Assembly: GCA_041596615.1 (NCBI GenBank)
Contig: JBFHIG010000001.1
Span: 77,382-141,381 of the forward strand
DNA length: 64,000 nt
Reading direction: 5' to 3'
Source of the DNA: Candidatus Moraniibacteriota bacterium
GTDB taxonomy: Bacteria > Patescibacteriota > Minisyncoccia > Moranbacterales > DUUL01
Part shown: one piece after another, positions 49,773 to 59,052 of the stretch
Layout of the letters: every line of letters begins with the position of its first letter
Numbering within the stretch: position 1 is the stretch's first letter
Notes under the pieces: model-generated
Seen by the model: the letters and a program-made list of their open reading frames with translations, nothing else
The model's database searches: none
Told to the model about the DNA's origin: nothing
Translations under genes and position numbers: made by a program

Positions 49773-49849
49773 GCGCCCGTAGCTCAATTGGATAGAGTAT
49801 TTGACTTCGGATCAAAGGGTTGCAGGTTCGAGTCCTGCCGGGCGCACCA
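49773..49849 (+). tRNA. tRNA-Arg (UCG); CCA encoded
   Basis: Acceptor GCGCCCG/CGGGCGC, anticodon stem TTTGA/TCAAA, loop CTTCGGA, and a 3' ACCA. Confidence 0.75.
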
Positions 49850-50042
49850 GGGGTTAGTATTGCGTATTTAGTATGGAGAGTGAAAACGGTTTATTGCCGT
49901 TTTTTTGTTTTAGTGGGTGAGGATTTTTGCTAAATTCTTTAAGCAAAGGTAAAATGGAGGTGGGTCCCAGTCAGATAATGTCTAACGGGATAAATATTTA
50001 AATACATATCTAAATACCCACCCAATAAAATAAAACAAAAAC

Positions 50043-50219
50043 ATGGCAATCAGAAAAGCAGAAGAAAAAAATATCCGAAAGCTTTGCAAAATTGGCAAAC
50101 AATCAGTCGGCCTGACGCTTCCCATCGAAGATGTGCGTGAGTTGGGATGGAGAAAGAAACAGAAGCTAGTAGTGAAAAGAGTGCATGGTGGATTTATGAT
50201 TAAAGATTGGAGAGGATAA
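50043..50219 (+). CDS. AbrB/MazE/SpoVT-type swapped-hairpin DNA-binding protein (58 aa); it is below the ORF-track size cutoff
   Basis: RKLCKIGKQSVGLTLPIEDVRELGW matches the looped-hinge-helix pattern (K-I/V-G-x-S-x-x-V/L-T-L/I-P-x-E) of AbrB/MazE antitoxin-like proteins. Confidence 0.45.
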   Translation: MAIRKAEEKNIRKLCKIGKQSVGLTLPIEDVRELGWRKKQKLVVKRVHGGFMIKDWRG

Positions 50220-50323
50220 ATTCATGACAAGTAGAATGTTCGGAGCTTAAATCAAGAGGATTCAATTTCTAATGATTTAATTTTCAAATAAAAAACACTT
50301 TAACGCAAAATGCAACCAATGAA

Positions 50324-50375
50324 TCGGGCTACCCGCCTGAACCAGTACGGGCAAGCAAGCCCGCTCCAGCGCGAA
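50324..50375 (+). repeat. Copy of the dispersed hairpin element with a nested insertion: AUCGGGCUA-[CCCGCCUGAACCAGUACGGGCAAGCA]-AGCCCGCUCCAGCGCGAA
   Basis: The outer part matches 9519-9546 and 39883-39910. The nested insert matches 9820-9840. Confidence 0.6.
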
Positions 50376-50502
50376 AAACCGCCATATGTCTGTACACATT
50401 GCAAATCCGTCTTGACACAGCAACAAATATGTTTTAATCTTCTATGTTAACCAAGTAGTACATATTAAGGGACGTAAGTCCACCAACACAAGGAGTTATA
50501 TT

Positions 50503-50760
50503 ATGTCAAAAGCACAAGTAATCCTTAAAAAAGGTGACCGTTTTTCTTTTTTACAGGAAAACAGCGAAAAAAGAGGAACAGGTATTTTTCTGGGAAATGG
50601 AAAAGCTCTCTTGGTGAAGGGAGATGACGCATTGACTGGCTGGAGCTTTGAAAGAACTTCTATTATTCCTGGTGATTTGTTGCCGATCGAAGATGATAAG
50701 AGTTTGCATTATGATATCAAACTCATCCTGAAAGCCGTGTCATACGTCATTTCTGATTGA
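50503..50760 (+). CDS. Hypothetical 85-aa protein
   Basis: ORF followed by a strong terminator (50786-50822). No motif. Confidence 0.35.
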   Translation: MSKAQVILKKGDRFSFLQENSEKRGTGIFLGNGKALLVKGDDALTGWSFERTSIIPGDLLPIEDDKSLHYDIKLILKAVSYVISD

Positions 50761-50932
50761 CGACATTTTGGGGCAGGAATTATGAGTAGGGGTTGTTTAT
50801 TAGTACAACCCCTACTTTTTTGTTGGATTAAAATCAAAATCTCTTTTGAAAAACATTATTTTTTGAACTTGCTAGTTTTTGAAAAGCAAAGATGCTACAA
50901 TTAAGTTAATGTAATAAAATAAATTTAAAAAT

Positions 50933-51940
50933 ATGAAAGTTTTATTTTTTGAAGCACAGGAAGAATTTCAGGATTTTATCCAAGATAGATTGGCGGGACA
51001 TGAAATTAGTTTCCACAAAGAATTAGCCAATGAAGCGCAAGTCAGTGAAAATGACTATGCAAACGCAGAAGCTATTAGCGTTTTTATATATTCCAAAATA
51101 TCCAAAGATGTTTTGGATAAATTTCATAACCTAAAACTGATAGCCACTCGTTCAACTGGCTTTGATCATATTGATATGGAAGAATGCAAAAGACGCGGGA
51201 TAAGAGTTGCAAACGTACCTTTTTACGGAGAGAATACAGTTGCTGAGCATACTTTTGCCCTGATTCTATCATTATCAAGACATGTACATAAATCCTATCT
51301 AAGAAGTAAAAGAAATAATTTCTCAATTGTGGGTTTGCAGGGATTCGATCTTCGAGGAAAGACCTTGGGGGTTATTGGAGTGGGACACATTGGGAAGCAT
51401 ATTATTAAAATTGCTAAAGGTTTCGGAATGAACGTGATTGCTTATGATAAATATCGAGACGAAATCTTGTCTGAAGTTTTGAATTTTAAGTACACAAACG
51501 ACTTGAATGATGTATTAACGGCTTCAGACATCGTTTCTTTGAGCGTTCCTCTTAACGATGCTACTTTTCATCTGATAGGAAGTGAAGAATTCAAAAAAAT
51601 GAAAGACTCAGCAATCTTGATCAACACTAGTAGGGGGGGATTGGTAGACACAGAGGCTCTATACGAGGCCCTGAGCAGTGGTAAAATCGCTGGAGCGGGC
51701 TTAGATGTAATTGAAGGAGAAGAGTCGATTCAGGAAGAGAGGGAGCTCTTGTCATCAGAAAAAAACACGGAGAGATTAAGGGAAGTTTTCCGAGATAAAG
51801 CAATTTTTGAAATGGAAAATGTTGTATTCACACCGCACAATGCTTTCAACAGTAGAGAAGCAATAGAAAGAATCTATGACACAACAATTGAAAATATAAA
51901 TAGATTTGGAAAAGGAGAGGAAACGAATGTTGTTTCTTGA
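50933..51940 (+). CDS. D-isomer-specific 2-hydroxyacid dehydrogenase (D-lactate / phosphoglycerate dehydrogenase family)
   Basis: NAD fold GVIGVGHIGKHIIKIAKGFGMNVIAYD and a catalytic R/E/H triad region. Confidence 0.8.
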   Translation: MKVLFFEAQEEFQDFIQDRLAGHEISFHKELANEAQVSENDYANAEAISVFIYSKISKDVLDKFHNLKLIATRSTGFDHIDMEECKRRGIRVANVPFYGENTVAEHTFALILSLSRHVHKSYLRSKRNNFSIVGLQGFDLRGKTLGVIGVGHIGKHIIKIAKGFGMNVIAYDKYRDEILSEVLNFKYTNDLNDVLTASDIVSLSVPLNDATFHLIGSEEFKKMKDSAILINTSRGGLVDTEALYEALSSGKIAGAGLDVIEGEESIQEERELLSSEKNTERLREVFRDKAIFEMENVVFTPHNAFNSREAIERIYDTTIENINRFGKGEETNVVS

Positions 51941-52106
51941 CATGCACCCAGCTTATTTAGATAGAATGGTCATAAAAATTGGTATTTTTGTCAAAATACC
52001 TTTTGTAGGGCATTTTTATCAGTTACTAAAATAAACTCTTGTCAATTTTACTATTTATGATACAATGTTCTTTGTAGCAAACAGTTTGTTTGTTAATTGA
52101 AGATCA

Positions 52107-52180
52107 TGGCGACTATAGTTCAATGGTAGAACGACGGTTTGTGGTACCGCTAATGAGGGTTCAATTCCCTCTAGTCGCCC
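52107..52180 (+). tRNA. tRNA-His (GUG) with C73 discriminator; G-1 not encoded (position 52106 is T); no encoded CCA
   Basis: Acceptor GGCGACT/AGTCGCC and loop TTGTGGT. A TTGTCA-N16-TACAAT promoter sits at ~52039-52066. Confidence 0.75.
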
Positions 52181-52211
52181 ATAACTTAAAAGCAAAAACC
52201 AAAAAATAAAA

Positions 52212-52697
52212 ATGTCTTCAAAAAAAACAAAAGAGATTTTGCCACTAAATTTTTTTATTGTAGTAGGAACAATCTTCTTTTTTTTGTTTTTTATTACAAC
52301 AACACTTAGCATCAGGCAAATAAAAAACAAGAATTTTGAGGCAAAAATAGTTAAAAAAGATCAAAAAGCGGAAGGAGTGGGGCTATTAAAAATGGCAACT
52401 CCCAAGGAGGCAAAAGATCAAAAAAAAGAGGGCCAAGAAATTAAAGGCTTTTTATTGGCAATTTCTCCCGAGGAAATTATTTTGGAGGCTTGTGAGTCGG
52501 AAAAAATAAAAGGTGATAGAATTTTGGCCTTTGCTCTTGATTTAAAAACGTTATTTATCTTAGACAATAAAACAAAAGAAAGTGCCGATGATGTTACTGG
52601 TGCTTTGGAAGATTTAGAAATTGGACAGATGATCTCTGTAAGAGAAACAAAAGAAGAAATTGGACGCAAAGCAAAAACAGTCCGGATATTTCAATAA
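52212..52697 (+). CDS. Hypothetical membrane-anchored protein (Lys/Glu-rich ectodomain)
   Basis: N-terminal TM helix. No motif. Confidence 0.35.
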   Translation: MSSKKTKEILPLNFFIVVGTIFFFLFFITTTLSIRQIKNKNFEAKIVKKDQKAEGVGLLKMATPKEAKDQKKEGQEIKGFLLAISPEEIILEACESEKIKGDRILAFALDLKTLFILDNKTKESADDVTGALEDLEIGQMISVRETKEEIGRKAKTVRIFQ

Positions 52698-52771
52698 AAA
52701 TAAAAAGGAATATACAAAAAAACAAGGTTGTTGATACCTTGCTTTTTTACTCCAAAGTATTTACAGAATGC

Positions 52772-53623
52772 TTATTTTTCCAGCTTAGAGTTTAAATATT
52801 CTATAGCACCCTGCAATCCACCTAAATCTCCCAATTTTGCAACATTCAATTCTGGAATTTGAGGATATATTGTAAGTTTTTCTTTGAAAAGTCCTCGAAG
52901 TTTCTCGATGGAAATTTTATTCATTAAGGATCCACCCAGGATGATCATATCGGGAGACCAGTGAACCGCAGAATTTGCTAATCCAATTGCTAAAAAATCT
53001 GTGATATTGTCCCAGAATTCCACATCATCAATCGCTTCTGGCAACTCTCCAGTTCTTTGTTTGATATAACTTCCTCCAATTAGGTCCTCTAGTCTTCCTG
53101 GCTTTTTACATCCAGGACAAAGTGTTTGTGTAGGGTCAATGATCTGATTGCCTGGTTCAAAGCCAAATTTATTTGGTGCAATTCTGCCATAAGTGAGAAG
53201 GGATCCTCCAACGCCTGTGCTAATTGTGTAATAAGCAATTAGTTTTTCTTTATAGTCTTCGATTTTAGAGGCTTCAGCAAGCCCAATGATTGATGCATCA
53301 TTTTCCATAAAAACAGTTGATTGGAGCTTATTTTTGAGCTCACTAGACAAAGACCTTCCAGCCCAACCAGAAAGAGACTTGTCAACGTTTTGATAGGAAA
53401 TTGCCACACCAGTTTTTTCATTATCCAAAGGAGCTCCAATCCCGCCACCAATTGCTGTTATTTCCTCTCCATTTAAGAGCCTGTTACTAGCAGAAATAAT
53501 CATTTCTACGCCCCTTTCAAAATCTTCAGGAGTAGTAAAAATTTCATACTTTAAAACAGTTTTTTTATCTTTTGAAATAGCTACTCTAGTTTTTGTTCCA
53601 CCAATATCAAATAATAGGTACAT
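52772..53623 (-). CDS. ROK-family sugar kinase (glucokinase-like)
   Basis: LLFDIGGTKTRVA ATP motif and the ROK zinc motif CPGCKKPGRLE. Confidence 0.75.
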   Translation of the reverse strand: MYLLFDIGGTKTRVAISKDKKTVLKYEIFTTPEDFERGVEMIISASNRLLNGEEITAIGGGIGAPLDNEKTGVAISYQNVDKSLSGWAGRSLSSELKNKLQSTVFMENDASIIGLAEASKIEDYKEKLIAYYTISTGVGGSLLTYGRIAPNKFGFEPGNQIIDPTQTLCPGCKKPGRLEDLIGGSYIKQRTGELPEAIDDVEFWDNITDFLAIGLANSAVHWSPDMIILGGSLMNKISIEKLRGLFKEKLTIYPQIPELNVAKLGDLGGLQGAIEYLNSKLEK

Positions 53624-53649
53624 ATTTTAGATTTTAAGCATTAAATAAC

Positions 53650-55071
53650 TTACATATTGTGACTTTTTTTATAATCATTCCATTGGCGAACCGACCAGTT
53701 GTCCGGTTTTATTTTTAGAAGCTCAGTCTCGTGGTACTTGGCTGGATTATCATAAATACTATCGAACGTATCTTCAAATAATAATTTGCCATCTGCGCTT
53801 GTCACTATTTGTTTGAGTTTAACTTTCAAAATTCCCTCCGAAGTTCTCTCGGTGACTGTTGGGCCTTCCATTTCTACTTTTCTGCCATCGGATTCTCCGA
53901 AGAAATCAAAGACCAGTTTATTTCCTTCAATGGAAGATTGAAAGAGGATATAATTAGGGGTGTTGTTAATAAATCTCAAATCAGGCTTTGGAAGATATAT
54001 TGTAGCATCAGTTCCTTGCGGACTATAGTATTCAACGGGGTAGGAATGATTTTGCCGCTCAGTTATTTTTAAACCAGCGTTTAGAGCGGCCCTGAAAACT
54101 GTTGTGGACACTTGACATACACCGCCACCATATTCCGGAATCGTCTTGTTGTCTCTAATTACAAGCTCTTCTTTATAGCCGGTTTCTTTTTCAACTGGAC
54201 CTAAAATTGTTACAAAAGAAAATTCTTCACCAGGTCCTAATAAAATCCCATTGAATTTATCAGTTGCAATGTTAATATTGAAAATTCTATTTTTTGGTGA
54301 ACCGGCAAAATTTGATTCACCATGACCAATTTGTTCGCTTATTTCTAAATTATCGAGGGTTTCTTTGGAAATCTTTGGTTTTTCTTCTTTTATTGGCAAT
54401 TGGAAAATTTTCCCTTTTTCTGGATTTTGTAATATCGTCAAAATGAGATTGTTGGTCTCATTTTCATCAAGCGAAAAGCCAGATTCTGCCGGAGCAACAA
54501 TTGTTAGTTTTCCTTTGGGTTCAGTAATTGCTTTCTCATTAATAAGTGTTTCTGTGGCGTCTATGTTTTTTTCAAACTCCATTTTTATCTTAGCATTTTT
54601 TGGTGCAGAAACTATTTCCTCGCTTAGATTTGAAACAAAATCAGTGACCTTATTTTTGTTTATTTTCAAAACAGCACCCTTTTTGAAATGCCCAATAGAT
54701 TTTGTTGCGCTGGTCAAATTGCAAACAGAAAGGTAATTATCGACGGGGGATTGTCCCGTATAAGAAGATAGAAAATTGTAGTCCTGACAAAGGTCGCTGC
54801 TTTCTATTTCGGAAGAATATTCCTCTTCCAGTGAAAAGCGTACTTTCCAGTTAGAAAAATCTACCGGTTTAAAAGGGAATTTCTCGTCTTGAAATTGTAA
54901 AACAAATTCTGTTTCCAAATATTCTTGCAAGCGTGAATTATCTGTGAACAACAACTCATCATTTGTTGTCATGGCAGTATTTAGGGGTTGATTTGAATAT
55001 CCAAAAACACTTACCAAAGGAAGGGCAAGAAGGAGTGTCATTAAAAATATTCTGTTTATGCTGAAATTCAT
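53650..55071 (-). CDS. VanW-family protein (signal peptide + VanW domain)
   Basis: GGGVCQVSTTVFRAALNAGL is the VanW domain core. Confidence 0.7.
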   Translation of the reverse strand: MNFSINRIFLMTLLLALPLVSVFGYSNQPLNTAMTTNDELLFTDNSRLQEYLETEFVLQFQDEKFPFKPVDFSNWKVRFSLEEEYSSEIESSDLCQDYNFLSSYTGQSPVDNYLSVCNLTSATKSIGHFKKGAVLKINKNKVTDFVSNLSEEIVSAPKNAKIKMEFEKNIDATETLINEKAITEPKGKLTIVAPAESGFSLDENETNNLILTILQNPEKGKIFQLPIKEEKPKISKETLDNLEISEQIGHGESNFAGSPKNRIFNINIATDKFNGILLGPGEEFSFVTILGPVEKETGYKEELVIRDNKTIPEYGGGVCQVSTTVFRAALNAGLKITERQNHSYPVEYYSPQGTDATIYLPKPDLRFINNTPNYILFQSSIEGNKLVFDFFGESDGRKVEMEGPTVTERTSEGILKVKLKQIVTSADGKLLFEDTFDSIYDNPAKYHETELLKIKPDNWSVRQWNDYKKSHNM

Positions 55072-55151
55072 ATATCTAGAATAAACTAAAATAGATATTT
55101 CTCAAGTCTAAGATTGGCAAAAATATTGCACCATAATAAATTGGGAGATAA

Positions 55152-55177
55152 AAGCCAGCTTGTGGCTGGCTTTTAAT
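55152..55177. terminator. Terminator hairpin (AAAAGCCAGC-TTGT-GGCTGGCTTTT)
   Basis: Perfect 10-bp stem flanked by A-runs and T-runs. Confidence 0.6.
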
Positions 55178-55200
55178 ATAAAAAGTTTAAAATCAGTTCT

Positions 55201-55791
55201 CTAGAAGCCGCGGACTTGAATTTTTCTGGTTTTCGTTGTGTCAGCCTTTGGCAACTTTAGTGTTAAAATTCCATTTTTCATTGTTGCCTCTGCTTTATCA
55301 GCAACAATTTCCACAGGGAGAATTACACTTCTTGAAAATGGTCCCCAATAACATTCTTGATAGTAATAGTTATCGCCAGAAATTTCTTCATCTTGTTGTC
55401 TTTCTCCTCTGATTGTAACCATATCATTATTAATATTCACGTCAAGATTCTCTGGTTTCACCCCGGCAATTGTTGATTTAATAACAATATCATCATTGGT
55501 TTGATAAACATCAATTGTTAGTTGTCCTTCTGACTCAATTGGCTGTTCAAATTCTTGTTGTTGTGTTTGTTGCATAGGTTCTTTTTGTAAATATTGTTGT
55601 TGAATTGGTGCTGAAACTGTTTCTTCTTGTTGTTCAGGGAATTCGTACATATCTTCCTCTTGAGATTCAAATTGTGTTACGAAACCTCCCTCTGGTGACT
55701 CTTGTAATTCCAATTCCTCAAATTGATCTTCGTCCGTAATTTTTTTGATGCCAGTTAGCTTTTCAAAAAAGGATTTCTTTTGTTTTGTCAT
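55201..55791 (-). CDS. Hsp20/alpha-crystallin small heat-shock protein with ~90-aa acidic Gln/Glu-rich N-terminal extension
   Basis: C-terminal ACD (IDVYQTNDDIVIKSTIAGVKPENLDVNINNDMVTIRGER ... GILTLKLPK). Confidence 0.75.
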   Translation of the reverse strand: MTKQKKSFFEKLTGIKKITDEDQFEELELQESPEGGFVTQFESQEEDMYEFPEQQEETVSAPIQQQYLQKEPMQQTQQQEFEQPIESEGQLTIDVYQTNDDIVIKSTIAGVKPENLDVNINNDMVTIRGERQQDEEISGDNYYYQECYWGPFSRSVILPVEIVADKAEATMKNGILTLKLPKADTTKTRKIQVRGF

Positions 55792-55830
55792 TTTCTACTT
55801 TTATTTTTTATAATCCTTCAAACCCTTAGG

Positions 55831-56307
55831 TTAGATAATCTTAACGATGGTAACATTATAACATATATGGATAAAAACTGACAATAGCAATAACATAAAT
55901 GCATATACGCTAAAGCGCTTCAGAAGAATTAAATTAGTTGCACTGGTTAGTATTATAGCAGATAATATATGTACAATTGTTGGGTAAAAAGCTTCTATCG
56001 GAAAACTTGTTTGTCTGAAAAAAATCAAAGAAAGCTCAAAAAAACTAAAACCCAAACCCAAAAAAATAGGGAAAATAATTAACTTTAGAATTTTTGGAAA
56101 TTCCCCCAAGGAATGTGTTGAGAAAATGAAGTAAATAAAGAAAAATTTAACAATTTCTTCTATAGAAGCCAATAGTGAGATGCTAATGACGGTTTCATTG
56201 TTGGCAAATTTCAATGGGACTAAAGTCATTAAAACCAAGGACAGAAATCCAGAGATGATGCCGAATACAAAGAAGATTAAGATCGTTTGCAATGTTTTGA
56301 TTTTCAC
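55831..56307 (-). CDS. Hypothetical integral membrane protein (5 TM helices)
   Basis: Hydrophobicity only. Confidence 0.35.
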   Translation of the reverse strand: MKIKTLQTILIFFVFGIISGFLSLVLMTLVPLKFANNETVISISLLASIEEIVKFFFIYFIFSTHSLGEFPKILKLIIFPIFLGLGFSFFELSLIFFRQTSFPIEAFYPTIVHILSAIILTSATNLILLKRFSVYAFMLLLLSVFIHICYNVTIVKII

Positions 56308-56349
56308 TTTAGGTTTTGTTTTTATTTTTTTGATCAGATCCTCTATTTT

Positions 56350-59034
56350 CTATGAAAGTTGTTTGATGAAATTCTCTGTTTTTTGGATTTTTTCTTTTGC
56401 GGATTCAACTTTTTTTCTCTCTCTTGTGATGACTTCCTTCGGAGCATTTTCAATAAAAGATTTATTTTTAAGCTTCCCCTCAATTGAAACGAGATACTTT
56501 TTGGTATCAATAAGTTCTTTTTCTAAGCGAATCCTTTCTTTTTCAGTATCAATCAAACTGCCCAGAGGAATGTAGATTTCAATTCCATTTTGTGAAATAT
56601 AAACAGAGTTGTGAATTTTATTTCCGCATTCTTTGATTGTTAATTTCTCAACTCCAGTACGCAGGCTTTTTATGAGCATTTCCTGAGAACGAATAAATTC
56701 CGTCTGTTCGCCTGCATAAATAACAACTTCAATTTTTTTGCCTGGTGAAACATTATATTCGGCACGAATGTTTCTAATCGCAGAAATGATCCCTTTCGTT
56801 TTATTAAAGAGATAAAATTCTGAATCATCAAAATCACCAAGAATATTATCATATTTGCTCGTTGAAGGCCATTTTTCTATTAAGAGTAAAGAGCTATTGA
56901 ATTTTTCCCAAATAGTTTCTGTTACAAAAGGAATAAAGGGATGCCAAAGTTTCAAAAGGTCTTTTAAGACAAGCGTTAAAATTTTCTTTTTTTCTGTACT
57001 ATTGTCGAATTTTGTTGCCTCCAGATACCAATCAGCAAGCTCATTCCAGGAAAAATCTCTTAAAAGTTCAGTTGCTTTGGAAAATCTATAGGCTTTTAAG
57101 TCAGAACTAACCTCCGCAATCAGACTTCTGGTTGCTTCTAAAATGGCTTTATCGGGTATTGTCAGGCTTGATTTATCAATAGAAGCGTCATCGACCTGGA
57201 TTGTTTGAATGATGTATCTTGAAATATTCCAAAGCTTGTTTACCATGTTTCTTAGGCTCTCAATTTTTTCTTCAGAAAGTCTAATGTCTTTTCCTGGTGT
57301 GGACCCTATAATCAAGGATAGTCGTGTTGCATCTGTTCCAAATTTTACAATCATATCGAGTGGGTCGATAACATTTCCTTTTGATTTAGACATCTTTTTT
57401 CCATGTTCATCAAGAATGAGACCATGCAAATACACATCTTTAAAAGGAATATCTCCGATTGCATAGGTAGTCATAATAATCATTCTAGCCACCCAGAAAA
57501 ATATAATATCATAACCAGTTTCCAGGACATTGGTGGGATGAAAGTTTTTGAAATCAGTGGAATTAATTTTAAGTTTTCCGTCTACAATTTTCATCTGATC
57601 AGGGTTTTCCGCAAGGGTTGAAAAAGTCCACATCCCTGAAGAAAACCAGGTATCAAGAGTATCTTCGTCCCGAACCCAATCTCCATCATCAGGGGCACTT
57701 TCTCCTACAAAAATTTCTTCGCCTTTATACCAAACAGGAACTCTGTGTCCATACCAAATTTGTCGAGAAATGCACCAATCTCTTAGGTCGTTCATCCAGT
57801 TGAGATAGTTTTTCTCAAAACGTTCAGGGACGATATTTATCTTTTCTTTTCCAAAAACACCACCTTTAATGGCCTCGGTACTAATTTCCTTGATTGATTT
57901 TCCATCCAAACTATCAGTTTTTTTATTAACATTAATAAACCATTGTAAGGAAGGAAGCGGTTCAATTACGGTGTCACAGCGATAGCAAAGAGAGAGTTTA
58001 TGTTCATAATTCTCTTCTATGTGGTCAATTAAACCCATTTTTTGCATATCTTCAACAATAGCTTCTCTGGCTTCAATTGTGGTCATTCCTGCATATTTTC
58101 CACAATTTTCCATCATTTTCCCATCTTCGTTTATGATTTTTTTTGTAGGAATATCATGTCTTAACGCCATTTCACTATCAATAAAGCTATGCGCGGGAGT
58201 TACTTTTACAGCACCAGATCCAAATTCTGGATCAACTGAACGATCCGCAATCACCTTGACTGTAAACTTCCCGAGTACACCCTGAATTTCATATTCTTTT
58301 CCCACCATTTTCTTGTAGCGTTTATCGCCAGGGTGGACCGCAACTGCTGTGTCACCAAGTTTTGTTTCTGGTCGGGCAGTTGCAAGCACGAAAGGGCCAT
58401 ATTTTAGCCAATAAAGTTTGCCAGTCTCCTCTTTGTATTCGACTTCATCATCAGCTAGTGTGCTGTGGCAACGAGGACACCAATTAACCACACGCTCTCC
58501 TCGATAGATCAGCCCATCTTCATACATCAGTTTAAAGACCAAGTTCACAGCTTTGTTTCTGGTTGTATCTAAAGTAAAAGCTTCTCTTGACCAGTCGCAA
58601 GAAGAACCTATTTTTTTAATTTGATTTTCGATAGTATCGTGAGAATTTTGTGCAAACTGATCAACTCGGGCAAGAAATTTTTCTCTGCCCAAGGAGTGTC
58701 TCGAAAGACCTTCATCCTTGATGATTTTTTCAACCTTAGTCTGTGTTGCAATAGCGGCATGATCAGTGCCGGGCAGCCAAAGTGTTCTAAAGCCATTCAT
58801 TCTGTGAAACCGTATTAAAATGTCTTGATATGCTAACATCCCAGCATGTCCCATATGCAAAGTCCCTGTAACATTTGGCGGGGGCATCACAATAGAATAT
58901 TTCTCTGCATTTTTTGAGAGATTAAGATTATCAGGATTAAATGCACCCGAAGATTCCCATTTTTGATAAATTTTTTGCTCATAATCTTTTGGGATATAAG
59001 CTTTTTCAAATTCCAGATTATCTTTTTTTGACAT
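56350..59034 (-). CDS. valS: Valyl-tRNA synthetase
   Basis: 894 aa; HMGH (HIGH-type) motif, KMSKS, editing domain and a C-terminal coiled coil. Confidence 0.9.
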   Translation of the reverse strand: MSKKDNLEFEKAYIPKDYEQKIYQKWESSGAFNPDNLNLSKNAEKYSIVMPPPNVTGTLHMGHAGMLAYQDILIRFHRMNGFRTLWLPGTDHAAIATQTKVEKIIKDEGLSRHSLGREKFLARVDQFAQNSHDTIENQIKKIGSSCDWSREAFTLDTTRNKAVNLVFKLMYEDGLIYRGERVVNWCPRCHSTLADDEVEYKEETGKLYWLKYGPFVLATARPETKLGDTAVAVHPGDKRYKKMVGKEYEIQGVLGKFTVKVIADRSVDPEFGSGAVKVTPAHSFIDSEMALRHDIPTKKIINEDGKMMENCGKYAGMTTIEAREAIVEDMQKMGLIDHIEENYEHKLSLCYRCDTVIEPLPSLQWFINVNKKTDSLDGKSIKEISTEAIKGGVFGKEKINIVPERFEKNYLNWMNDLRDWCISRQIWYGHRVPVWYKGEEIFVGESAPDDGDWVRDEDTLDTWFSSGMWTFSTLAENPDQMKIVDGKLKINSTDFKNFHPTNVLETGYDIIFFWVARMIIMTTYAIGDIPFKDVYLHGLILDEHGKKMSKSKGNVIDPLDMIVKFGTDATRLSLIIGSTPGKDIRLSEEKIESLRNMVNKLWNISRYIIQTIQVDDASIDKSSLTIPDKAILEATRSLIAEVSSDLKAYRFSKATELLRDFSWNELADWYLEATKFDNSTEKKKILTLVLKDLLKLWHPFIPFVTETIWEKFNSSLLLIEKWPSTSKYDNILGDFDDSEFYLFNKTKGIISAIRNIRAEYNVSPGKKIEVVIYAGEQTEFIRSQEMLIKSLRTGVEKLTIKECGNKIHNSVYISQNGIEIYIPLGSLIDTEKERIRLEKELIDTKKYLVSIEGKLKNKSFIENAPKEVITRERKKVESAKEKIQKTENFIKQLS

Positions 59035-59052
59035 TTCTATGTGAAGTTAAAA

